Positions 48,589 through 58,705 of a DNA stretch of 64,000 bases are shown one piece after another. The stretch's first letter is position 1. Each line of letters begins with the position of its first letter. The stretch lies in the NCBI GenBank assembly GCA_004431415.1, contig QPMI01000230.1, positions 78,028-142,027 on the forward strand, read 5' to 3'. Position numbers and translations under genes: made by a program. Below the pieces are notes generated by a model. The model saw nothing but the letters and a program-made list of their open reading frames with translations. It made no database searches and had not been told where the DNA came from. The DNA is from Cyanophora paradoxa CCMP329 (taxonomy: Eukaryota > Plantae > Glaucophyta).

Positions 48589-51500
48589 ATGCTCGACGCT
48601 ATCATCTCTTGGCTCCGGCCGTCGAAGCGCAGGCGCACGACGGACAGCGAGGCGCAGACCATGCCCGTGAAAGAGAGCGAGCCGGATTCGGTCGAGGTAG
48701 CGGAGGCTGCGCCGTCGCCTCGATCAGCCGTGTGCGCTCTCGCATCCGTTGACTACCGTGAGAGCATTCGCTCGCTGTCGGACGAGACGACGTTCCTCTT
48801 CCAGCCGTGGGTCCCCGACATGAGTTTGCACCGTCTCCCGCCTCCGCCGGAGCCCGTCGTGGAAGAAGTCAGCCCCCTCGACAACCTACCTGTGCGATCC
48901 GAGCCCGCCGCGACCCGCCGCCGCCCGCCGTCGCGTTCGCCTCGCCGGCATCGCGCTCACGGGGTGGAGGCGACAGGACGAGCTGCTGCGGCGGATCATC
49001 GTGGCGTGCGGGGCGGAGGCGGCGTTCGAGCAGCTGAAGCTGGGGGCGGTGTGCCGGCGCGTGCGGCGCATCCTCTTCTCCGTCGAGTGGCCCGTCATCG
49101 ACCTCACCGTCGACATGCTCGGCGAGGAGCGCCTCACGGTTGCGGAGGCCGCCAAGCTGCTGCCGCGGCCCGAGGGGGCGCCGCTGAGCTCCAAGGGCGG
49201 CCGCGTCCTCCTCAAGCGCTGGAACGAGCGCATCCAGGCGCGCAAGGTCGCCGGCGCCGTCAAGGCGCGCCCGCCCCGCCCCGCCCAGCCCCGCCCCGCC
49301 CCGCCCCGCCCCGCCCCGCCCGCCATGCGCCCGAGCGCAACATTCGACGCGAGCGGGGGCGGGGGCGCAGCTGGAGATCACGCTGAAGACGCCGGAGGAT
49401 CTGGAGCAGGCCTTCGAGGACCTCCCGGACGCAACCCAGGCGCGCCCGCCCGCCCGCCCTGCCCGACGCCGCCAGGCCCCGCCCGAAGCCAGCGGACGCG
49501 CAGCTAGCTTTCCACACGCAGAGCCTCCCTGTGCGCCCTCGAGGCGGCTGACGCGGGGCGCAGAACGCGATGGTCTCGGAGCTCTCGGACGGAATCGCCG
49601 GCTGCTCGGCCGAGCTCGCCTCGCTGCTGGCGGCGGCCGCCGAGCGCTTCTCCCGCGCCGGCTCCCTGCAGACCGTCTCCCTCTGCGTCGCCGGCCGCAC
49701 CAGCAAGGCCCGCCCGCCCGTCCCGCCCCCGCCTCTAGAGGGAGGAACCTCGGCGTGTGCGAGGGGGCTGACGGGGCGGGGCGGGGCAGGCGCTGCTGGA
49801 GATGGCGATGCACCACGGGGCCCCGCACCTCGAGCACATCCTCGAGGACGCCGCCGTGGCCCTCATCCCCTGCGCCTCCCTCCGCGAGGCGCGCCCCCGC
49901 CCCGCCCCCAAGCAGCGCCCCGCCCCCGGCCGGCCGGCGGCTGACGTCGGCGGGGGCGCAGCTCACGCTGGACTCGTACTCCTGCTGCCAGCCGTCGCTG
50001 CCCTTCTACCCCGCCGCCCTCGAGCCCCACATCCTCGCCAGCGCCCTCGGTACCCCGCTCCCCCTCCTCGTTCATCCCCCCATCCCGCTTCGCGCGGGGC
50101 CGAGGGTGCCCTCGCGCAGGCCCGCACGCCTCGTCGCTGCGGGTCCTGCGGTTCCCCTTCTCCTCCACGCTCGACGCCCCCCACGTCGCCGCCCTCGTCG
50201 CCAGGTTCACGTACCCCCCCGCCGCCTCCCCCCCTCTTCTGAGCCCCCGCCCCCCCCCCCCCCCCCCCCCCCCCGCAGCCTCCCGCACATCGAGACCCTC
50301 GCGGTGTCCCTCAAGGCGCGCCCCCTGCCCCGCCCTCTCTGGTACCCCTCTGACCCCATTCCCGTACCCCCGCAGGCGCAGGACGCGGCCACGTGCTTCG
50401 CGTCCCTCTCGACCCTGAACGCCCTCGCGGAGATCTGGGTACGCGAGCTTTCCCGTCGGCCGCGCCCCCCCCCCAGCCTGATCGCGTACCCCCCTCCCTT
50501 CTCCCGGGGCGTCAGGTGCGGACGCCGGCGCCGCCGGAGACGCTGGCGGCCGGCCTCACGGCGCTGTCCCGCGGCCCCGCCGCCGCCTCCCTCCGCCGCC
50601 TCGTCCTCGGCGGTCCGCCCCGGCCCCCGCCCCCTCCCCATACCCGAGCCCCCCCGACCCTCTCGCAGGGTCGCAGCAGGTGTACGCGAACGGCCTCGCC
50701 GCCGTGTCGACCCTCTCGGGCCTGACCAAGCTCTCCCTCGGGGTGCGCCTGCCCCCCTCCCGCCCCCGCCGCCCCCGGCCCCCGCCCACGCTGCCTCCCC
50801 CTCGCGCGGGCAGATGGACTCGCGGTCGGCCCCCGGGGTGCACCTGCTGGCGCAGCTCACGGCCCTCCGCGAGCTCTACGTCAAGGTGCCCGCCCCTTGC
50901 CCCAGCCGCACGGCCCCCAGCAGCCGCTGAGGCCCGCCCCCCCAGATCCGCCTCGACGGCCACGACGAGGGCAACGAGGTGCCTCCGCACGCCCCGCACG
51001 CCTGCCCTCCCCCGCCCGTGGCCGACGGCGGGGGCCGGGGCAGCTGTGCCGGGCGCTGGCGCCGGTGATGCGGCGGCTGCTGCACAAGGGCACGGGGCGG
51101 GCGCCGCGCACCCCCAGCCTCGACTCCATCGGCCTCTACGTCGTGCCCCAGGCGCGCCCCGCCCCGCCCCGCCCCCCCTCCCACCGGGGGCGCCTCCGAG
51201 AGGCTCGTACCCCGCCAGATCGACGAGGCGGAGGGGGACGCGTCGCTGCCGACGGACGCGCGGGCCTTCGACTCGTCCGCCTTCGCCGACCTCCTCGCCG
51301 CCTCCGCCCCCGCCCTCACCTCCGTCAAGCGCGCCCCTCCTCTCCTTTTCCTCTCCTCTCCTTCTCCCTCCTGATGGGGCGGCAGCTACGAGGTGTACGT
51401 GCGGGCGCCGCCCACGCGGGAGGAGCTGCAGGCCCTCGCCTCCTGCTCCAAGTCCGCCCGCCCCGCCCCTCGCCCCCGCCCGCCCTCCCCCGACGCCCCG

Positions 51501-51940
51501 CCCCAGGCTCGCGACGCTCACCTTCCGCCACCGCATCACCAGCACCGCCGACCTCGCCCCTTACAGGCCCGCCCCGCCCCTCCCGCGCCCGCCCGCTTGT
51601 AAAACTTGGACTGAGGCCTCGCCGCAGCCTGCTGGTCCCGGGGGGCGACCCGGCGCGCGCGCAGCCGCTGCGCCGCGGCGTGAAGGTGCGGCCCCCGCGC
51701 CCGCGAGGGCCCGCACGTGACCCGACCGACGGACCGAGCGCGCCGGGCGCAGCCGTCGGTGTACCTCGGCGTGCCCGCCACGGGCCGCAACCTCGGCGAG
51801 CGCTGCCTCTGGTGCGAGCGTACCCCCCTCCCCTCGCCCCCGCCGTGCTCCTGGCTCAGCCGGCGACCCCCGCGCCCAGGCTGCTGGACTCGTGGCTCCC
51901 GGGGTCGTACGTGAGCTACATCACCTACGAGCCCGAGTGA
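48589..51940 (+). CDS. F-box protein with degenerate LRR/RNI-like repeats (paralog B2)
   Basis: SPLDNLP|DELLRRIIVACGAEAAF...VCRRVRRILFSVEWP; LRE|LTL, LRRLVL and LRELYV repeats; C-terminus GERCLW|LLDSWLP matches B1. Confidence 0.8.
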
Positions 51941-52238
51941 GGGGCGGCCGAGACAGAAAGGATTCAGCGTGCCCGGCGCAAGAATCGAGGGGCGCACCCC
52001 CGCTCGCGCCAGGCGCAGTCAGATGAGAGCATTGCGACGAGCTGCCTTGGCAGGCGTGCAGTATTAGATATTCTTCACAGCGTTCGCTCCTCAGATCGCT
52101 AGAAAGCAGCGGGAAGCGGCCTCGTGCATGGCCGGTCGTGTGATCACATTAGTTAATTGCAGAAAGAATCATTGAATCTCAGTATACGTATAAATTACAG
52201 AAAACTTGCATAATCATACAGCGCGGGTGGAGGGGCGG

Positions 52239-54349
52239 TCAGGCGTGCTGCTTCTCGAGGGAGGCGAAGTGGGCCTGCCGCGAGACGTACACCCGCCGCT
52301 TCGCCCGCATGTGCTGCACCTGCCCCCGCGCCCCCCCCGCCTTTTTAGCGCCCCCGCTGCCCCCCGGAGGCGCGCCCCTCGGGGCGGGCGGGGCGCACGG
52401 AGTAGAAGCAGACGGCGAGGCTGGCGGTGCCGAGGCAGGAGCCGATGACGGCGCCCACGAGCGCCGGCACCTGCGCCGCGGGGGCGAGCCCGTTGAGCCC
52501 ACCGGTCTCTCTCTCAGAGCCGGGGGGATCTAAGCGCAAGGGCATCCGATGCCGCTCTCCGAAGGGCCACGGACCGAGATGCCGCTGCCGCCGCCGCCCG
52601 ACGAGGAGGCGCCGCCGCCGGCGTCGGTGCCGGCGGCCGCCGTGAGGTTGCCCGCGGGGAGCAGCAGGTCCGACGGCCTGCGCGCGCGCGGGGTCAGCGA
52701 GGGGGCGGGCGGGGCACGGGGCGCGGGGGGGGCGGGGCGGGCGGGCCCGATGAGGGCGGCGGAGAGGACGCGGAAGCCGAGGAAGAAGCGGTTGTTCGCC
52801 GGCGTCGCCATCAGCGTCGGCACCCACTCCCGCAGCTTCTGCCCGCCCAGCACCGCCTGCCCGCAGCTCAGCGGCGCGGTGCTGGGCCCGGGCGGGGCTC
52901 GCGCGCCTGGCCGGCCGGCTCGGCGAGGTCGTGGGCGCGCAGGCGCAGGTGCGTCGCCGAGAAGAGCCGCACCGCCTCCGGCACCTCCGCCCCCGCCCGC
53001 GGTATCTGCCGCCCCGCCCCCGCGGTATCTGCCGCCCCGCCCCCTCGGGGCGGCCCGGGGCGGGCGCACTCGGAGGGCGTCGGCGAGGCCGGCGGCGGCC
53101 GTGTCGGTGGAGTTGACGGAGCGGCCGGGGCCAACCGTCTCCAGCTCGATCCTGCCCCAGGGCGTCAGCCGGCTCCGGGGCGAGAGGGAGAGGGTACGAG
53201 GGCACCGGGCGTCCTGGGACTTGCCGGCGACGGGGGCCCAGAGCGGCTCGGGCGACGCCGCCGGCGTGGGCGAGGGGCGGGCGGGGGCCGGCGTGGCGGT
53301 GGGCGTGGGCGAGGGCCGGCGCGTGGGCGCCGTGCAGTTCGGGTGCGTCGCGTTCGTCCCGTTGACGATCGCCGAGCAGTTCAGCACGAACGGGCGCGGC
53401 GTGGGCGTCGGCGAGGGCCCCCGGGAGGGCGAGGGCGAGGGCGAGGGCGACGGCGTCGGGGTGCTGCCGTTCAGGGGGTGGGGAGGGCGTGGGGGTCGTC
53501 CCGTTCGACGCCGCCAGCCAGCGCCGCCGGGCCGGCGCCCCGCGGGCCGCGCGCGCCGCCTGCCTCCGCAGGGCCGCGGCGGCGGAGCGCGCGGCTGACG
53601 CTGCGGCGCGGCGCGGCGCAGTCAGCGGCGGCGCACACGGGGCCGCGGCGGGCTAACCGGTGGGGTGGACGGAGAGGAAGGCGCCGCCGGCGACGGGCCC
53701 CCAGCCGGACGCCTCACGGGGCTCGCTCCCGTGCTGGAGCCGCAGCCTCGCCGCGCGGGCGGGCGGCCTGCGCGGCGCTCAGCGGCGGGAGAAGAGAGGG
53801 GATTTGAGGGGCGGCGCGCGTTTGGAAGACGACGTGGGCGAGGCGCGCGGGGGCGCCGCCATCCACCTCCGCCGACGCGCTCCGCTCCTCCAGGACCGCC
53901 CCATCGGCCGCGAGGAGCCAGGCGCGGAGCGTGTACTTCCCGCCCGCACCGCCGCTCCCCGCGAACCACTGCACGCGTCCCGATCACGCTCCCGCCGCCC
54001 CTGAGAACGTGACGCGCGGTCATCGAGCGTTTCTCACCTCGCCAGCAGCAAGCGCGGAGCCATCGGCTCCTTGCGTCAGAGGCGAAATATCTAGTTCGAT
54101 CTCCTCCGTAGCCCCTGCGCTGGCGCCTACTCTACAGGAGCCGGGCTCGCTCGAGCTCGGCAAGGGCCTCGGGCACTCGTCGAGCCAAGCCCAGGGACCT
54201 TTCCACGGCGGCTCTGATCCATCGCTGCTGCTGCTACTGCTGCCGCTGGCTGGAAAGCGCAGGGACCGAGCGCCGGGCGGAGCGATGCCCGACACCGCGG
54301 CCAGTAGCGCAAGCAGGGCGAGGGCCTGCAGCGGGCCTCGCCCGCGCAT
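52239..54349 (-). CDS. Putative single-pass (type I) membrane glycoprotein with Pro/Thr/Ser-rich linkers
   Basis: Signal MRGRGPLQALALLALLAAVSG; PSPSPS/PTPTP tracts; N-glycosylation sequons NCS, NGT, NAT; TM segment VPALVGAVIGSCLGTASLAVCFY followed by a basic tail HMRAKRR. Confidence 0.7.
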
Positions 54350-54415
54350 CCCTGTCCGACGCGACGCTCGCTGGGCCCGTAGCTGGCTAGCCCGCCAGTT
54401 TCGGCTTGGGCTTTC

Positions 54416-54446
54416 GTGTACCCGCGCCAGGTAGTACCGGGTACAC
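54416..54446. promoter_or_regulatory. Inverted repeat GTGTACCCG-N13-CGGGTACAC in a divergent promoter
   Basis: Perfect 9-bp arms. The same half-site occurs at 33787-33795 and 45589-45597 in other divergent spacers. Confidence 0.5.
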
Positions 54447-54631
54447 CGTGTTTCCAGGCAGCAGCGCTGCCCTAGCTGCCCTAGCAGCCGCCGCAGGGGC
54501 AGCAGCGTAGAACGCGTTAGCTTCGGGCACACGGCGGATGCATCGCCACGACGTGCGGGCGATTTGAAACTTGTCCACCTCATCGGCGGGCTTAGCCAGT
54601 GCCGACCCGCGCTGCTGCACGCTAGCTAAGG

Positions 54632-57600
54632 ATGGCGGGAGCCTGGAGGAGAACTGACTTGGACTCCTTTGACCCGGAGGACCAGGAGGGCCTGGCGTGG
54701 TTCTTTCACTTGGTGCGCCCGTCGCCGAGCGTGCAGCGCAGGCCCGCTCGTCGCTGGAGGCTCACCGCAAGCTGCAGCACGATGAGGTCGATTTGGCGAT
54801 ACGGCTGCTGCGCGTCGTGGCGCGCGAGAAGGCGATCCTCTCGCTCCGCCGGCTGCGCCAGGACGTTGCCCTCAAGATGGAGTCCTCGGACCGGCGATTC
54901 AAGCTTCTGGCTAAGATTTCCGGCATCGGTGCGCTGCAAACGACGCCCAGCCGCCGCGCGAGCGCCGCCGGCGGCCGACTCGCTCCCTCGCCAGACCTGG
55001 GGGAGGAGGACACGCCGCGGCGGGATGCGGGGTCGGAGGGATACGAGGGGATCTACACGGAGCCGGCGACCGTGCGGAACGAGATGCGGTACCAGAGCGA
55101 CTTCGTGGGGCAGGAGATCGACCGCCTCGACCGCGAGCAGAACGAGGAGCTCGACGAGGCGCGCCGCCGCCCCGCCCGGCGCCGCTCGACGCGGCTGACG
55201 CGGCGCAGCTGGCGGGGGCGGCGAAGGAGATGGCGTGGCACGCGAGCCCGAACCAGTGGCGGGAGGACCTGGCGCGCCTCCTCGACCAGTTCCGCGAGCT
55301 CCGCGCCTCCAGCGACGCCAACAACGGCGGCTCCTTCATCGAGGGCGCGCCTGGGGCCTTTGATCTTCCGCTCCCCGCCCCAGCCGCTGAGCTTGGGGGC
55401 GTGGCAGGCTTCCTGAAGGCGGTGCAGTCGGCGGGGGCGTTCAAGCTGCGGGCCCTCAAGAAGCGGGAGAAGGCGACCGTGGCCCTCTATCGCAACGTAC
55501 AGACCGTCCTCGCCTGCCAGGGCAAGCGGTGCGCGCCGGGCGGGCGCGGCTGGGCGCGGTCCGCGGTCCGTCGGGGGCCGATCCTCCCCCTCCCGTGTCG
55601 CAGGTGGGCATTCGCGTGCAGCGTCTCCGAGGGCGAGCTCATCAAGTGCGCGCGCCCCGCCCCCGCCCCCGCCACGCTCGCCGGGGCCGACGCCGCGCCG
55701 GGGCAGGCGGGGCGTGCCCGTGAGCAACCGGCTGCCCCCCATCTTCGAGGACTCGGGCTTCTACCTCCTCAACAAGGTTCGCCGCGCCGTACCCGGTGCG
55801 GCGCGCCGCACCCGCCCGAGCGGCTCCGGCGGGCAGCACTCGGAGCGGAGCATAACGGCGGAGGAGGTGGAGGAGGCGGCCGCCGAGGTCTCCGACCGCC
55901 TCGCCTCCGCCCGCGGCGCCCGCAGCGCCAGCGGCGGCAGCAGCGCCCGCGTGCGCCCTGCCCCTCACAGACGCGTGCACGCGCCGCGCGGCCCTCCGCC
56001 GAGGGGCGTCGGGGCGGGCCAGGAGCGGGAGGCGCGGGAGGCGGAGGCGGTGGCGGCGACGATGGACGAGGCCAAGCGCCGCGCCAAGGCAGGCCGGGCT
56101 TCGCTTCGTCACGCGACCCCGGGCTGAGGGGGCGGGGCCGCGCAGGAGGCGATCGCGCGGCGGGGGGCGCAGGGGGTGACGACACCCCCCTCGGCCTTCC
56201 TCCTCGAGGAGGGGGCCCAGGCCGAGGAGCCCCAGCACGCCGCCTGCGGCACGCACGCCGGCGGCCACGGCCACGCCCACGCCCACGCCCTCGCGTCCTA
56301 CCACCTGAACGGCAACGGCGAGGTCCGCGCCGCCCGCTCCCGTCCCTGCGCCGCGGCCTCATGTGCGGGGGCGCAGCTGCGGGCGTCGCCGCCGCCGGAG
56401 CCCGTCGCGGCCGCCAACGTCGTCGTCGCCTCCCTTTTGGAGGTGCGGCGCGGCCCCTCTCCGCGAGACTCCAGAGGCGGGGCTCGAGCCGGGTCCGGGG
56501 CGGGGCGTGCAGGCGGAAGAGGCGCGGGAGCGACTCGGGGCAAGCCGGCGCGAGCTCGACGAGGTCCGCCCCCGCCCCCGCCCCGCTGATCCGAAGCGGC
56601 CCCGCCGTGCTTGACGCCCCGCCCCGCAGCGGGGGCGCGAGCTCGACTTGGCGATCCGCGCCAAGGCAGGCCCCGCCTGTGCCTCTTCCCCGGCCTGCGG
56701 CTGACTGCGCCGGCGGGGGCAGGAGGCGGCGGAGGAGCGGGCGGAGCGGCTGGCGCGGGAGCGGGACCACCTCCGCCAGGAGGCGCGCCCACCCGCCCCC
56801 TCTCCGGCCCGCACGAGCCGCCCGCGCTGAGCGCCCGCCGCGCGCAGCTTCAGATGGCGCTGAACGTGAAGGACGACATGCAGTCGCGGCGCGACGGTGC
56901 GGGCCCCCCGGGGCTGGCGCGCCGGGGCGCCTACGGTGAAGGCGACGGGGCGGGGCGGCAGGGCTGCTGGCGGAGGCGGCGCAGCTCTCCGACGCCCTCG
57001 CCGCCGCCCTCCGCGAGGCCCGCCCCATAGCCAGCTCCACTCCTTTTTCCTCCCTTACCGTCGGAGGCGGCAGCTGGAGGGGGAGCGGGGGCAGAAGGCG
57101 GAGTGGCGGGCGGCGCTGGAGCGCGAGCGCGCCGAGATGCGCGCCCTCTCCCGCGAGATCGTCCAGGCCCGCCCCGCCCGCCATGCGCCGCCAGCGCGCC
57201 CGGCCGGCCGGCCTCTCACCTGCGCCCGCCCTCAGGTGGCGAACGAGGCGGAGCGCGAGGTGGCGAAGGTCCCTCCTTCCTTCCCTCCCGCTTTCCTCTC
57301 TTCTCCTGGGCGCCGAACCCGCGCGCCTCGCGGCAGGTGCGGGAGCTGCAGCGGGAGAACGCGGCGCTCAAGGCCCGCGCCGCCGAGCTCGAGCGCGCCG
57401 TGCGAGCAGCCCCCGCCGGCCGCCTCCCGCCCGAGCAGGCGCCCCCGCTGAGCCGCCTCTCCGCGCAGATGGCGCAGGGCGTCTCGCGCCTCTCGGGCGG
57501 CGCCTCGTCGCTGCAGGCGGCCCCGAGCCCGAGCCCGCGCCGCCTCTCCTTCTCCGCCGCCCCCAGCAGGGCCGACAAGGAGCTGCAGACGAGCCCGGGC

Positions 57601-58657
57601 CGGGGCGAGGCCCCCGCGCCCGCCCCCGCCTCGGCCTCGAGCAGCAGCAGCGCGGCGGTGGCGGCGCGGCTGGCGCGGCGGGTGGAGGACCTGGAGGAGG
57701 AGGTGGCGCGGGCGCGGGCCGCCGTGGAGGCCCTCCAGCGCGAGCGCGCCGAGGCGGCCGCCGAGCTGCGCTCCGCCCTCACCGCCGAGGCCCGCGCCGA
57801 GGCCCGCAGCAGGGAGGCCGTCGCCGCCATGACCGGCGACATGCGCCGCCTCGCCAAGGAGCTCAACGCCTGCCTCGACGAAAAGGTCCGCGCGGCCGGG
57901 GGTTTGTACTCTAGGCCGAGGGATAATCCTGGAGAGCCTCCCTTGCACCTCTCGCGCCTCTGACCGCCGCCCGCCCGCCCGCCCGCCCCGGCGCAGGACA
58001 CGCTCAAGCGGCAGCTGGACCGCTTGCTCGCCCGCTCGAGCCCCGCCGCCCTGCTGCCCGCCGGCCCCGTCCCACCCCTCCCCCGCTCCTTCCCCCCGCC
58101 CCTCTCCGCGCCGGGCTCCGGCGCCGGTGCCGTCCCGGCGCCGCTGCCGGCCGGCTCCAACCCCCACTCCTCCTCCTCCTCCTCCTCGTCCTCCTCGGAG
58201 CCCGCTCCGCTGCCCCGCGCGCCGGCCTCCGCATTGCACGCGCAGGCCCTCGGCGCGGCGGCGGCGGCTGCTCCGGCGGCGGGGCCGGCCCTGCGGTGGG
58301 CTCGCTGGGGGTCCTCTCGGCGGACGCGGAGGCGATCATACGGGCGAGCCCGCGGCGGCGGCGGCGCTGCAGACGCTCGTGCGCCTCCAGCAGGCGACGC
58401 GCTACCGGGGCCCCTCCAACCCCCCTCCGCCCCGCCCTCCCGCACCGCCTCCCGCGCCGCCTCCCCCGCCCGAGCCCCCGCCCCCGCGCCGCCGCCGCAG
58501 CCCCCGCCGGCCCTGCGGCTCGCCGGACGCCTCGCCGCTGCGGGCGCGGCCGTGCGCCTCGCCGGGGCCCGGCACGCCCTCGCGCGCCGCCCGCGTCGCC
58601 GTCTTCCGGGTGGGGCAGAGCCCCAGCAAGCCCCCGCCCGCCCTTGCCGCCCCGTGA
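54632..58657 (+). CDS. Large hypothetical coiled-coil protein with a Pro-rich C-terminus
   Basis: Spliced frame MAGAWRRTDLDSFDPEDQEGLAWFFHL|LQHDEVDL...; heptads VRELQRENAALKARAAELER and RRVEDLEEEVARAR. A probable 1-nt indel lies near 58340. Confidence 0.7.
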
Positions 58658-58705
58658 CCGCGCGGGCGGACCGCCCACGTCGGCCTCGGCTAGCTATAGG
58701 TAGAT

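Noticed and set aside
1353-58657. Introns as a recent introner (mobile intron) family
   Set aside because: Intron interiors are not similar to each other beyond C/G-rich low complexity and short end motifs. No near-identical copies were seen in this window.
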